The notes under the pieces are model-generated. The model was not told the DNA's origin, did not search any database, and worked only from the letters and a program-made list of their open reading frames with translations. Source: Bacteroides sp. (GTDB lineage Bacteria > Bacteroidota > Bacteroidia > Bacteroidales > Muribaculaceae). Taken from it: 64,000 nt of DNA. Of the stretch, positions 9,542-19,182 are shown in pieces (within the stretch, counting starts at the first letter, position 1; the number at the start of each line of letters is the position of its first letter). The DNA is taken from contig JAAVCF010000008.1 of the NCBI GenBank assembly GCA_014802445.1, positions 159,792 to 223,791 of the forward strand, written 5' to 3'. The position numbers and the translations under genes are program-made.

Positions 9542-10420
9542 ATGCCACTGATTCTTCCCGACGGGCTCCCGGCAGCCGAGCACCTCCCATTGTCATCATC
9601 CTCCACCGCGGAACTTACCATCGGCCTGATCAATCTCATGCCTATCAAGCCTGATGCCGAGCGCGACATCCTGTCGCTGCTCGCTCCCGCTGCGTGCAGT
9701 GTGAAGATTGACCTCCTCGCACCCCTCAGCCATCCCTCCAAAAACACCCCTCAGGCTCATATTGACCGTTTTTATAGCGATATGTCCGCGGCCATGAACG
9801 GCAGCTACGATGCCCTGATTCTCACCGGAGCCCCTGTGGAGCACCTCCCTTTTGAGTCAGTGGACTATTGGCACCAGTTGACGGAGCTGTTTCACTATGC
9901 GTGCGCCAACCATCTCCCCATGCTCAACATCTGCTGGGGAGCTTTTGCCGCCCTCTATCATCTCCACGGCGTAGCGATGCACTATCTGGAGCGCAAAATT
10001 TCCGGTATCTATCCCCAGCGAAAGCGCGCAGCCCATCCGCTCACCCGGGGACTCCCCGAGTGCTTCAATATGCCCAACAGTCGTCATGCGGCATGGCAGC
10101 GTGAAGAGGTAGCGCTCCATCCCTCCCTCAGCGTCCTGGCCGACTCTGCCGATTCAGGCATCGGCCTGATCCATGACGGCCTCCACACCTACCTCTGCGC
10201 TCACCCGGAATATTCGCTCATGACGCTCGACGCGGAATATCGCCGCGACCTTGCAAAAGGCATCAATCCTCACATCCCGGCCAACTACTACCCTGCCAAC
10301 AATCCGGCCAATCCTCCCGTCGACACCTGGCACTCACATGCTTTGCTACTCTACTCCAATTGGATAGAAATTATTCTGCAAAAAAATCGCCAAAACTGTT
10401 GCACAATTCAAACACAATAA
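9542..10420 (+). CDS. metA: homoserine O-acyltransferase (MetA family)
   Basis: MPLILPDGLP..., IGLINLMPIK and the NICWGAFAALY catalytic-Cys region are typical of MetA. Confidence 0.9.
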   Translation: MPLILPDGLPAAEHLPLSSSSTAELTIGLINLMPIKPDAERDILSLLAPAACSVKIDLLAPLSHPSKNTPQAHIDRFYSDMSAAMNGSYDALILTGAPVEHLPFESVDYWHQLTELFHYACANHLPMLNICWGAFAALYHLHGVAMHYLERKISGIYPQRKRAAHPLTRGLPECFNMPNSRHAAWQREEVALHPSLSVLADSADSGIGLIHDGLHTYLCAHPEYSLMTLDAEYRRDLAKGINPHIPANYYPANNPANPPVDTWHSHALLLYSNWIEIILQKNRQNCCTIQTQ

Positions 10421-10421
10421 C

Positions 10422-10429
10422 TAACTTTG
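10422..10429 (+). promoter_or_regulatory. Bacteroidetes -7 promoter box (TAACTTTG) for tRNA-Ser
   Basis: Exact TAnnTTTG match 30 nt upstream of the tRNA 5' end. Confidence 0.55.
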
Positions 10430-10458
10430 CACCGCAGTTGAGAAATTAACAACCGCCA

Positions 10459-10545
10459 GGAGAGGTGGGTGAGTGGCTGAAACCACCAGTTTGCTAAACT
10501 GACGTAGGAGCAATCCTACCACGAGTTCGAATCTCGTCCTCTCCG
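10459..10545 (+). tRNA. tRNA-Ser (anticodon GCU)
   Basis: Hand-folded cloverleaf. Acceptor GGAGAGG/CCTCTCC, anticodon loop TTGCTAA, long variable arm GTAGGA-GCAA-TCCTAC, T arm ACGAG-TTCGAAT-CTCGT. Confidence 0.9.
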
Positions 10546-10550
10546 CATAA

Positions 10551-10597
10551 AAGAGTCTAAGACGCTGAATCGCAGTTGCTTAGGCTCTTTTTCTTTC
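10551..10597 (+). terminator. terminator after tRNA-Ser
   Basis: AAGAGTCTAAG...CTTAGGCTCTT stem followed by TTTTCTTT. Confidence 0.65.
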
Positions 10598-10810
10598 CAG
10601 AGCATAGACGCAGAATAGACGATTTTGCTATAATCGTTCACCGTTTACCCTCTCTGTCGCTGAGGAAAAAGGCAAAGGACGCACAAAAAAAATTGTCCAA
10701 AACTTCCACACCGTCCTTAAAGCGGGCAATTGAGAATCAATCGCAAAATCACCCGCACGCCTTTCCGCAAAGGAATACACCTCTCGCACCCCTCCTCCGC
10801 TGCAAATTAG

Positions 10811-10860
10811 GTCGCGGAGTGCGGGCGGCCCGAACGGCCGCCCCTACATACCTTTGCGAC
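10811..10860 (+). repeat. REP-like GC-rich hairpin element, copy A
   Basis: Sequence is GTCGCGGAGTGC-GGGCGGCC-CGAAC-GGCCGCCC-CTACATACCTTTGCGAC. The same core occurs at 48647-48715 and 48733-48800. Confidence 0.7.
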
Positions 10861-10900
10861 CAATCTATCAATTTGAGAATAGAAATGACAAACCGATTAC

Positions 10901-11158
10901 TTACACATTTCGGATAAGAGCGGCATCATCAATATTAAACTCAATGTCATACTCTCCGTCAACCAGATAGTCAGGAAATACATCCCCATCCTCCACACAT
11001 CCTTGAATGTGGAGGCGGACAGATTCGCTAAAATCATCTTTTAATTTCTGGAATGTTTTGGCTGTCACTAACACCATCCCATCTTGTCCATCATCCCATG
11101 AGCAACAAAAATTATCTCCTGTCCAGCTTACATCAACGAGAATTTTGTTCTTTTTCAT
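10901..11158 (-). CDS. HicB-like antitoxin fold protein, short form lacking a DNA-binding tail (possibly truncated)
   Basis: The 85-aa product resembles the N-terminal HicB/UPF0150 fold of Bacteroides HicB-family proteins. It has no C-terminal HTH/RHH. No hicA ORF was found in hand translation of the 240 nt upstream. The region is low-GC. Confidence 0.5.
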   Translation of the reverse strand: MKKNKILVDVSWTGDNFCCSWDDGQDGMVLVTAKTFQKLKDDFSESVRLHIQGCVEDGDVFPDYLVDGEYDIEFNIDDAALIRNV

Positions 11159-11516
11159 ATTGTTATTGTCTTATAATGTAAATATAGTTATTTTCCTCCC
11201 AGCTATAATTATTCAGTAACCATTTTTCAAAAACAATCACAATTTGTAGCCAATCAAGCCTGTCCGGTCATACCGAAGCCCGACTGACAAAACGGTCAAT
11301 CGGGCCGGGGCCAACTTATGCAAATGTTTGGAAGATGAAGTTTTCTTCAATTAGCCTCTGGTCTTGCTCCGATTTCTTTTCGATTTTTCTCTATATTAGG
11401 CGTTTACGCTCCTTACAAAAGCGTCAATTACGATTTTTGGCATCGCTTTAGGACATTCCCGGTCCTCAGATTTATAAAATTTAGGCTCAGGGGTTGACAG
11501 AGAGGAAAAAATTTTG

Positions 11517-11524
11517 TAACTTTG
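11517..11524 (+). promoter_or_regulatory. -7 promoter box (TAACTTTG) for rplY
   Basis: Exact TAnnTTTG, with TTGACA about 20 nt upstream; 88 nt upstream of the rplY ATG. Confidence 0.55.
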
Positions 11525-11612
11525 CGGCGCTTTTTAGGCAACCCGCCACAATTTAACCGTGTGATGGGAAATTATGTTTCATAATTTTTAGTAACACATT
11601 CAATCAACAGTA

Positions 11613-12266
11613 ATGAAAGTATTTCAGCTGACTGCCGAGCCCCGTACTGACCTCGGCAAGAAGGCCGCTCAGGCCCTCCGCAAGGAAAACAAAATTCCCG
11701 TAGTTCTCAACGGTGGTGAGATTTTCGATCTCCCCTACAACAAGCCTCTGAAGGACGGCGAGAAGATTGTTGAAATCGGCAACGGCAAGGGCCTCATCAC
11801 CACCGATCTCGCTGTGACCCAGGACGCTGTTCGCAAGCTCGTCTACACTCCCGACATCTTCGCTATCGAGCTCGATGTTAACGGCGAAAAGCGCATGGCT
11901 GTCCTCAAGGACCTCCAGTTCCACCCCGTTAAGGACACCATCCTCCACATGGACCTCCTCGAAGTGAACGACAAGAAGCCCGTAACCATCAGCGTTCCCG
12001 TTAAGCTCGAAGGCCACGCCGAAGGTGTGAAGGCCGGTGGTAAGCTCACCCTCTCTATGAAGAAAATCAAGGTTAAGGCCGTTTACACCGAAATCCCCGA
12101 ACGCGTTGTCATCAACGTTGACAACCTCGGTCTCGGCAAGACCCTCCAGATTGGCGAGCTCCACTTCGACGGTCTTGAACTGATGAACGCCAAGAACGCC
12201 GTTGTTTGCGCCGTTCAGCTCACTCGTGCCGCTCGTGGTGCCGCAGCTGCTGCCGCAGGTAAGTAA
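11613..12266 (+). CDS. rplY: 50S ribosomal protein L25/general stress protein Ctc
   Basis: 217 aa with L25/Ctc N- and C-domains and an Ala-rich tail. Followed by pth, as in many bacteria. Confidence 0.93.
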   Translation: MKVFQLTAEPRTDLGKKAAQALRKENKIPVVLNGGEIFDLPYNKPLKDGEKIVEIGNGKGLITTDLAVTQDAVRKLVYTPDIFAIELDVNGEKRMAVLKDLQFHPVKDTILHMDLLEVNDKKPVTISVPVKLEGHAEGVKAGGKLTLSMKKIKVKAVYTEIPERVVINVDNLGLGKTLQIGELHFDGLELMNAKNAVVCAVQLTRAARGAAAAAAGK

Positions 12267-12277
12267 TCAATCCGCTT

Positions 12278-12841
12278 ATGAAATATCTTATTGTAGGGCT
12301 TGGCAACATCGGCAACGAATATGCCGCCACGCGCCACAATATAGGATTCAGGATATTGGACGCCTTAGCAAAGGCGTCCAATATTTCTTTTTCCACCGAG
12401 CGTTACGGCGACATCGGTCGCGGGCGAATCAAAAACGCCCAGGTGGTGCTTCTCAAGCCTTCCACCTTTATGAACCTCTCCGGTAACGCCGTGAGATATT
12501 GGGCCGACAAGGAAAAGATTGACAAAAGCCGCATCCTTGTGTGTGTGGATGACGTGGCCCTCCCCTTCGGAGCCATCCGCCTCAAGCCATCAGGCAGCGA
12601 CGCCGGCCATAATGGCCTGAAAAACATTGCCGCCATGCTCGGCACCCAGGCTTATCCACGCCTGCGCTTCGGCATCGGCAACGACTATCCCCGCGGATGT
12701 CAGATTGACTATGTGCTCGGCTGCTTCACCCCTGAGCAGGAGGCGGAGCTCCCCACCCGCATTGACATCGCCGTGGATGCCGTCAAGGCGTTTTGCCTCG
12801 AAGGAATTGACAAAGCCATGTGTGGTTTCAACAATAAATAA
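12278..12841 (+). CDS. pth: peptidyl-tRNA hydrolase
   Basis: [18 protein letters not shown] and GHNGLKN motifs. Confidence 0.95.
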   Translation: MKYLIVGLGNIGNEYAATRHNIGFRILDALAKASNISFSTERYGDIGRGRIKNAQVVLLKPSTFMNLSGNAVRYWADKEKIDKSRILVCVDDVALPFGAIRLKPSGSDAGHNGLKNIAAMLGTQAYPRLRFGIGNDYPRGCQIDYVLGCFTPEQEAELPTRIDIAVDAVKAFCLEGIDKAMCGFNNK

Positions 12842-12852
12842 GCTAACGTGTT

Positions 12853-13314
12853 ATGGCAGAAGTTCGTGTTGACAAATGGACCTGGGCCATGCGCATTTTC
12901 AAGACGCGCTCCGTGGCCACAGAAGCATGCAAGAAAGGCCGCGTGCTCGTAGGCGATGCCGTGGCCAAGCCGTCGCGCACCGTAAAGCCCGGCGACATCG
13001 TCAAGGTCAAGAAACCGCCGGTCACTTATTCATTCCGGGTGCTCAACGTCACCCAAAACCGTCTTGGCGCCAAGCTCGTGCCCGAGTATATGGAGAATAT
13101 CACTCCCGCAAGCGAGCTCCATCTCCTTGACGTGGTGCGCATTTCCGGCTTCATCGACAGGCGCAAAGGCCTCGGCCGCCCCACCAAGCGCGAGGGGCGT
13201 GACCTGGCCCGCTTCACCGACTCAATGGCCGACAATGACGGCTGGGACTTTGATTTTGACCTCGACGACCTCGAGGATAACGACTACACCGACTCTGAAA
13301 TCACCGGGGAATGA
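12853..13314 (+). CDS. hslR: S4-domain RNA-binding protein (Hsp15/HslR-like) with acidic tail
   Basis: VRVDKWTWAMRIFKTRSVATEACKKGRV is an S4 motif. Conserved position after pth. Confidence 0.8.
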   Translation: MAEVRVDKWTWAMRIFKTRSVATEACKKGRVLVGDAVAKPSRTVKPGDIVKVKKPPVTYSFRVLNVTQNRLGAKLVPEYMENITPASELHLLDVVRISGFIDRRKGLGRPTKREGRDLARFTDSMADNDGWDFDFDLDDLEDNDYTDSEITGE

Positions 13315-13336
13315 AAATTCCTTGGTGATTTTTTGC

Positions 13337-13344
13337 TATCTTTG
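13337..13344 (+). promoter_or_regulatory. -7 promoter box (TATCTTTG) for the patatin-like gene
   Basis: Exact TAnnTTTG, 24 nt upstream of the ATG at 13369. Confidence 0.5.
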
Positions 13345-13368
13345 CGAAAACAAAGCCTTATTTCAGAG

Positions 13369-14181
13369 ATGTTCAGTTTCGGCAACAAGAAACCCTTCAA
13401 GCTCGGCATTGCCTTCAGTGGCGGCGGTGCCCGTGGTTTTGCCCATGCAGGGGCCATAAAGGCCTTTGAGGAGATGGGGCTCAAGCCCGATATCGTGGCC
13501 GGCGTCAGCGCCGGCAGTGTGGTGTGTGCCCTCTACGCCGGTGGCCTCAAGCCTGAGCAGATGGTGGAGATTTTCTCCAACCAGAAGTTCAGTGACCTCT
13601 GCCAGCTCTCCGTGCCGAAGGACGGTTTTTTCACCATGGACGGATTCAAACAGCTCATTAGCCGAAATGTGGTCTATCCAACCATTGAATCCCTCCCCCT
13701 CCCCACTGTCATTTGCGCCACTGACATGGACAATGGCAAGCCCGTGGCTTTTGAGAGCGGCGCCCTCCCCGAACGCGTAGCCGCTTCGTGCAGCATCCCC
13801 ATCATCTTCAAGCCCGTAAAGATTGACGGTGTCCGCTATATCGACGGCGGTGTGCTCCACAATCTCCCCGCCTGGGCCATCCGTGACCGCTGCAAATACC
13901 TCATCGGCCTCAACTGCTCATCTCTCCCCAAGCGTAAATATAAGGACACCCTCCTTGACATTGCCCAGGCAAGCTACAACCTGGCCGTGAAGTCAAACAC
14001 ATGGTCCGACATGGAATTATGCGACCTGGCCATCGACATGCCCGAAATTGCAAGCTATAAGGTGTTTAACCTCAAGGAAATCAACCATGTGTTCCGCCAG
14101 GGCTATGCCCTCACAAAGAAGGCCCTGCTTGAAAACGGATTTGTCGACCCCCTTGCCGCCAAGCAGAAGGCAAAAAAATAG
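13369..14181 (+). CDS. patatin-like phospholipase
   Basis: GGGARG oxyanion motif, GVSAGS nucleophile motif and DGG. The track start at 13333 is TTG; the ATG at 13369 is preferred. Confidence 0.85.
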   Translation: MFSFGNKKPFKLGIAFSGGGARGFAHAGAIKAFEEMGLKPDIVAGVSAGSVVCALYAGGLKPEQMVEIFSNQKFSDLCQLSVPKDGFFTMDGFKQLISRNVVYPTIESLPLPTVICATDMDNGKPVAFESGALPERVAASCSIPIIFKPVKIDGVRYIDGGVLHNLPAWAIRDRCKYLIGLNCSSLPKRKYKDTLLDIAQASYNLAVKSNTWSDMELCDLAIDMPEIASYKVFNLKEINHVFRQGYALTKKALLENGFVDPLAAKQKAKK

Positions 14182-14213
14182 AATCTCACAATCACCCTTC
14201 ATTTTTCTTCACA

Positions 14214-15968
14214 TTGGAAAAACCGATAATCTATCAGCTGCTCCCGCGTCTGTTCTCCAACCTCAACGACGCCTGCATCCCCAACGGAACAGTTGAACAA
14301 AACGGCGTTGGCAAGCTCAACCACATCAACGCCGATATCCTCAAGAGCATCCGCGACCTCGGTGCCACCCACGTGTGGTACACCGGCGTGCTCGAACATG
14401 CCACCACCACTGACCATTCAGCCCACGGCATCACCCCCGACAATCCCCACGTGGTCAAAGGAAAAGCCGGCTCCCCTTACGCCGTCAAGGACTACTATGA
14501 CATCGCCCCTGACCTTGCCGAGAACATTGACCGCCGCATCGAGGAGTTTGAGGAGCTCGTGGAGCGTACCCACGCCGCCGGCCTGAAGGTGATTATCGAC
14601 TTCGTGCCTAACCATGTGGCGCGATGCTACCACAGCGACGCCCATCCTGCCGGTGTGGATGACCTCGGCGCCGGCGATGACCAGTCGCTCTACTTCGGCC
14701 ATAACAATAACTTCTATTACATCCCCCGCCAGCTCTTCTCGCCCTCAGGCGTGGACCTTGGCAGCGGCAGCGATGCCTACGTGGAGTTTCCCGCCAAGGC
14801 ATCGGGCAACGACTGTTTCACCGCCTTCCCCGGCCAGTATGACTGGTACGACACCGTAAAGCTCAACTACGGCGTGGACTACGGCGACCATTCCCGTCAC
14901 TTCGAGCCCATCCCTGACACATGGCTAAAGATGCTCCACATCCTCCGTTATTGGGCCGCCAAGGGCGTCGACGGATTCCGCTGCGACATGGTCCACATGG
15001 TCCCCCTTGAGTTCTGGCAATGGGCCATCCCCGCCGTGCGCCGTCAGTTCCCCCACATAATTTTCATTGCCGAAATCTATGAGCCGGGCCTCTATCGCCC
15101 CTTCATCCATCAGGGCGGCTTTGATTATCTCTATGACAAAGTGACGCTCTACGACACCCTGCGCGGAATCCAGTGTCACAACCTCTCCGCCGCGCAGCTC
15201 ACAAGCTGCTGGCAAACCGTCGAAGGCATCGCGGGCAATATGCTCAACTTCCTTGAGAATCACGACGAGCAGCGCTTCGGCTCGCGCCAGTTTGCCGGTG
15301 ACCCGGCCAAGGTCATCCCCTCGCTCGTGGTCAGCTCAATGATCAGCACCGCCCCCATGATGATCTACATGGGCCAGGAAATCGGCGAGCAGGCTGCCGA
15401 CGCCGAGGGCTACAGCGGCCCTGACGGTCGCACCACCATCTTTGACTTCTGGAGCCTCTCCACTCTGCGCCGCTGGCTCGGCCCTGACCTCAAGGCCAAG
15501 GGCGCTGCCCTCACTGCGCGTGAAAAATGGCTCCGCGGTGTCTACGCCTCCATCCTCAACCTCTGCAACAGCGAAAAAGCCATCTCAAGCGGAAAGTTCT
15601 TTGACCTCATGTATGTCAACTACGATAACCCCCGCTTCAACCCTCACCGCCAGTATGCCTTCCTGCGCTCCACCGGCGCTGACGAGTCCCTGCTCATTAT
15701 CGTCAACTTCGATGACCATGCCGCCGACGTGGCCGTCAATATCCCCGAGCACGCCTTCGACGTTCTCGGTATGACAAGAGCCACCGGCCTGAAATCCACC
15801 GAATTGCTCTCCGGCAAAACAGAGATTAAAAACTTCACCCCCGACGAACCTTTCGTCACCTCCGTGGGCCCCTCTGGCGCAGTGGTGTGGAAATTCTCCA
15901 CCGCCCCGCAGAAACCTTCTGAACAAAAAAGCGCCCGCCCCTCACGTCGTAAGTCGAAAAAGTCGTAA
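14214..15968 (+). CDS. GH13 alpha-amylase-family glycoside hydrolase
   Basis: GH13 regions I-IV are present: IIDFVPNH, GVDGFRCDMV, FIAEIY, FLENHDEQR. The start codon appears to be TTG, because no ATG lies between the patatin stop and this position. Confidence 0.85.
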   Translation: MEKPIIYQLLPRLFSNLNDACIPNGTVEQNGVGKLNHINADILKSIRDLGATHVWYTGVLEHATTTDHSAHGITPDNPHVVKGKAGSPYAVKDYYDIAPDLAENIDRRIEEFEELVERTHAAGLKVIIDFVPNHVARCYHSDAHPAGVDDLGAGDDQSLYFGHNNNFYYIPRQLFSPSGVDLGSGSDAYVEFPAKASGNDCFTAFPGQYDWYDTVKLNYGVDYGDHSRHFEPIPDTWLKMLHILRYWAAKGVDGFRCDMVHMVPLEFWQWAIPAVRRQFPHIIFIAEIYEPGLYRPFIHQGGFDYLYDKVTLYDTLRGIQCHNLSAAQLTSCWQTVEGIAGNMLNFLENHDEQRFGSRQFAGDPAKVIPSLVVSSMISTAPMMIYMGQEIGEQAADAEGYSGPDGRTTIFDFWSLSTLRRWLGPDLKAKGAALTAREKWLRGVYASILNLCNSEKAISSGKFFDLMYVNYDNPRFNPHRQYAFLRSTGADESLLIIVNFDDHAADVAVNIPEHAFDVLGMTRATGLKSTELLSGKTEIKNFTPDEPFVTSVGPSGAVVWKFSTAPQKPSEQKSARPSRRKSKKS

Positions 15969-15973
15969 CTTTG
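15966..15973 (+). promoter_or_regulatory. -7 promoter box (TAACTTTG) for prs
   Basis: Exact TAnnTTTG overlapping the amylase stop codon, 33 nt upstream of the prs ATG. Confidence 0.5.
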
Positions 15974-16006
15974 CATACGGAATAATCCAAACTCATCACA
16001 ATTTGT

Positions 16007-16963
16007 ATGTCAACCACAAATCTTCCTTCATTCAAAGTTTTTTCCGGAACCAAATCAGAGTACATGGCCAAGGAAATCTGCAAGCACCTTGGTGTAGAAC
16101 TCGGCAAGATGAACATCACCCACTTCGCTGACGGCGAATTCGGCGTGTCGTTCGAGGAGTCGATTCGCGGCCGCGACGTGTACCTCGTGCAGTCAACCTT
16201 CGCCAACTCCGACAATCTCATGGAGCTCCTGCTGATGATTGACGCTGCTCGTCGTGCTTCCGCCCGCTCCATCATCGCCGTTATCCCTTACTTCGGTTGG
16301 GCCCGTCAGGACCGTAAGGACAAACCTCGCGTTTCGATTGCAGCCAAGCTCGTGGCTAATCTTCTCAGCGTGGCCGGTGTTGACCGTGTGATTACCATGG
16401 ACCTCCATGCTGACCAGATTCAGGGCTTCTTTGACATCCCCCTGGACCACCTCTACGCTTCAAACGTTTTCATCCCTTATATCCAGTCGCTTAACCTCGA
16501 CAACCTCGTTATCGCCACTCCCGACGTCGGCGGTGCTAAGCGTGCCAACTCTTACGCCAAGTATCTCGACTGCCCCCTCGTGCTTTGCCACAAGCAGCGC
16601 GCCAAGGCCAACGTTGTGGCCAACATGACCGTCATCGGCGACGTTAAGGATAAAAACGTCATCATCATCGACGACATGGTCGACACCGCAGGCACCATCA
16701 CCAAGGCTGCCAACCTCATGCTCGAAAACGGCGCCAAGAGCGTGCGCGCACTCTGCTCTCACGCCGTCATGAGTGATCCCGCCTCAGAACGTGTCAATGA
16801 CAGCGCCCTGACCGAGATTATCTTCACCAACTCCATTCCCTTTGACAAGGAAGGCAAGAACTGCCCCAAAGCCACCATCATCAGCGTGGCCGAACTGTTT
16901 GCCGACACCATCCGTCGCGTGCAGTCTTGCGAGTCAATCTCAAACGCCTACCTTATTAAATAA
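16007..16963 (+). CDS. prs: ribose-phosphate pyrophosphokinase
   Basis: 318 aa with DLHADQIQGFFD and the PRPP-binding loop IIIDDMVDTAGT. Confidence 0.95.
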   Translation: MSTTNLPSFKVFSGTKSEYMAKEICKHLGVELGKMNITHFADGEFGVSFEESIRGRDVYLVQSTFANSDNLMELLLMIDAARRASARSIIAVIPYFGWARQDRKDKPRVSIAAKLVANLLSVAGVDRVITMDLHADQIQGFFDIPLDHLYASNVFIPYIQSLNLDNLVIATPDVGGAKRANSYAKYLDCPLVLCHKQRAKANVVANMTVIGDVKDKNVIIIDDMVDTAGTITKAANLMLENGAKSVRALCSHAVMSDPASERVNDSALTEIIFTNSIPFDKEGKNCPKATIISVAELFADTIRRVQSCESISNAYLIK

Positions 16964-16984
16964 GGAATTAAATAAGGACTGACC

Positions 16985-19093
16985 ATGGCAGCATCCCTGA
17001 AAACCATCGCAGCAGCCGCACTCCTCGCCTCAGGCGTCGGAGCGTCGGCTGCCGCCGCTTCTGACAGCGAAGTAATCATTGACCGCCCCGAGTTCAAGGC
17101 CCCCGCTGACCGTCGATTCTCAATCGAGGCCCTCGAGGCTCTTGGACGTGTCACTGACCCCGTTGTGTCGCCTGACGGCAAGAAGGTGCTCTTCGGCATT
17201 GCCTATGAGAGCGTCGAGCTTAACCGCAGCAACAATGACCTCTATGTCCTTGACCTCGCTCACCCCGGCGTGCCTGAACGCCTCACCCGCACCGCCGCTT
17301 CTGAAAACGGCGCGCGCTGGATTGAGGGCGGACGCCGCATCGCCTTCATCTATCCCGATGATAACAAGGTGGGACAGCTCTGGGTCATGAACGCCGACGG
17401 CTCTGACCGCAAATGTCTCACATCGGTTGAAAAAGGCGTCGACGGATTCCTCTTCTCTCCTGACGAAAAGAAGATCGTCCTCATCTCTCCCGTCAAGTTC
17501 GCCCGCACCGCTGAGGATGTTTACCCTGACCTGCCTAAGGCCACCGGACGCATCGTGGACGACCTCATGTATAAGCATTGGGACGAATGGGTCACTGAAA
17601 TCCCCCACCCCTTCCTGGCCGAATTTGACGGCAACACCGTCAGCGGCATCCGCGACATCATGGCCGACGAACCTTTCGAGGCTCCCATGAAGCCCTTCGG
17701 TGGCTCGGAATCTTTCGCGTGGAGCCCTGACAGTAACCAGCTTGTCTACGTGTCGCGCAAGAAAACCGGAATGGAATATGCCATCTCCACTGATTCTAAC
17801 CTCTATCTCTACGACCTTCGCACCGGCACCACCCGCAATCTCACCGAGGGCATGATGGGCTATGACACTTGCCCCACATTCTCGCCCGACGGCTCTCGCC
17901 TGGCGTGGCTGAGCATGGAGCATGACGGTTATGAGAGCGACAAGAATCGCATCTTCGTCCACGATTTCCGAACCGGCAAGCGCACCGACCTCACCGCTGA
18001 GTGGGACTATTCTGTCGATGCCATCGCCTGGAACCCCGACGGTCGTTCGCTCTGGTTCATCGCTCCCAAGGACGGTGTAACCCCCATCTTCACCATTGAT
18101 GCCCGCTCTGGCAGCGTCAAGCTTGTCAACGATGCCATTGCCGACTATGCTTCGGTGGTGCCCGTCGACAATAAGACCGCCATCACCCTGCGTCACTCAA
18201 TGACCTCGCCCAACGAGATTTTCAGCGTCAGCACCGACGGTAAAGTGCGCCAGCTCACTGACGTCAACACCGCCGTGCTCAGCGCTCTTGACATGCCCAC
18301 CGTTGAGAAACGACTCGTCAACACCACCGACGGTAAGAAGATGACCACCTGGGTGGTTTATCCTCCCCACTTCGACGCCTCAGGCTCTTATCCTTCGCTT
18401 CTCTACTGCCAGGGCGGCCCGCAGCAGCCCGTCAGCCAGTTCTGGAGCTACCGCTGGAACCTCGCCCTCATGGCCTCTAACGGCTACATTGTCATAGCCC
18501 CCAACCGCCGCGGCCTCCCCGGCTTCGGCACCGAATGGAACGCCCAGATTTCAGGCGACTATGGCGGCCAGAACATGCGCGACTATCTCAGCGCCGTTGA
18601 CTATATGAAGCGCGAATCTTACATTGACCCCGCCCGCATCGGTGCCGTTGGTGCCTCTTATGGCGGCTTCTCGGTCTACTGGCTCGCCGGTCACCACGAC
18701 AAGCGCTTTGCATGCTTCATTGCCCACGCAGGCATCTTTGACATCGAGGCTCAGTATCTTGAAACTGAGGAGATGTGGTTTGCCAACTGGGACATGGGCG
18801 GCGCTCCCTGGGACAAGGACAATGCCACCGCTCAGGCCACTTTCGCCACTTCGCCCCACAAGTTTGTTGACAAATGGGACACCCCCATCCTCGTCACTCA
18901 CGGCGAACTTGACTACCGCATCCTCGCCTCTCAGGGTATGATGGCTTACAATGCTGCTCGCCTCCGCGGTGTGCCCGCCGAAATGCTCATCTTCCCTGAT
19001 GAAAACCATTGGATTCTCAAGCCTCAGAACGCCGTCCTCTGGCAGCGCGTGTTCTTCCGTTGGCTTGACCGCTGGCTCAAACCTCAGAAGTAA
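16985..19093 (+). CDS. S9-family serine peptidase (prolyl oligopeptidase/dipeptidyl peptidase type) with beta-propeller N-domain
   Basis: Signal peptide, PD40-like repeats, GASYGGF nucleophile motif, and C-terminal HGELDYR and ENHW. Confidence 0.9.
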   Translation: MAASLKTIAAAALLASGVGASAAAASDSEVIIDRPEFKAPADRRFSIEALEALGRVTDPVVSPDGKKVLFGIAYESVELNRSNNDLYVLDLAHPGVPERLTRTAASENGARWIEGGRRIAFIYPDDNKVGQLWVMNADGSDRKCLTSVEKGVDGFLFSPDEKKIVLISPVKFARTAEDVYPDLPKATGRIVDDLMYKHWDEWVTEIPHPFLAEFDGNTVSGIRDIMADEPFEAPMKPFGGSESFAWSPDSNQLVYVSRKKTGMEYAISTDSNLYLYDLRTGTTRNLTEGMMGYDTCPTFSPDGSRLAWLSMEHDGYESDKNRIFVHDFRTGKRTDLTAEWDYSVDAIAWNPDGRSLWFIAPKDGVTPIFTIDARSGSVKLVNDAIADYASVVPVDNKTAITLRHSMTSPNEIFSVSTDGKVRQLTDVNTAVLSALDMPTVEKRLVNTTDGKKMTTWVVYPPHFDASGSYPSLLYCQGGPQQPVSQFWSYRWNLALMASNGYIVIAPNRRGLPGFGTEWNAQISGDYGGQNMRDYLSAVDYMKRESYIDPARIGAVGASYGGFSVYWLAGHHDKRFACFIAHAGIFDIEAQYLETEEMWFANWDMGGAPWDKDNATAQATFATSPHKFVDKWDTPILVTHGELDYRILASQGMMAYNAARLRGVPAEMLIFPDENHWILKPQNAVLWQRVFFRWLDRWLKPQK

Positions 19094-19182
19094 GCTTTTA
19101 AGCCCACATAATCATTCAGCCGCCGATTCTTCACCGAACCGGCGGCTTTCTTTTCAAAAAAGTTTTTGTAACTTTGAGCATT

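Noticed and set aside
10775-10810. A possible attR-like duplication of the tRNA-Ser 3' end: TCCTCCTCCGCT here versus TCCTCTCCGCA in the tRNA.
   Set aside because: The similarity is short and imperfect, about 10 of 12 with an indel, and is not distinguishable from chance in GC-rich DNA. No integrase gene is present.
11335-11451. A 38-aa ORF (MKFSSISLWSCSDFFSIFLYIRRLRSLQKRQLRFLASL) in the 454-bp gap upstream of rplY, considered as a type I toxin-like peptide or the missing partner of the HicB-like gene.
   Set aside because: It has no promoter box or terminator. It is on the strand opposite the HicB-like gene and has no resemblance to HicA. An AT-rich chance ORF is the simpler explanation.
17120-18196. 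A 358-aa ORF antisense to the S9 peptidase gene. Similar long shadow ORFs occur at 11604-12164, 34854-35534, 41052-41690, 43144-43968, 53054-53680 and 63343-63987.
   Set aside because: Each lies fully inside a well-supported gene on the opposite strand. Each has Gly/Ala/Arg/His-rich junk composition typical of antisense frames in GC3-rich genes, and none has a recognisable motif.
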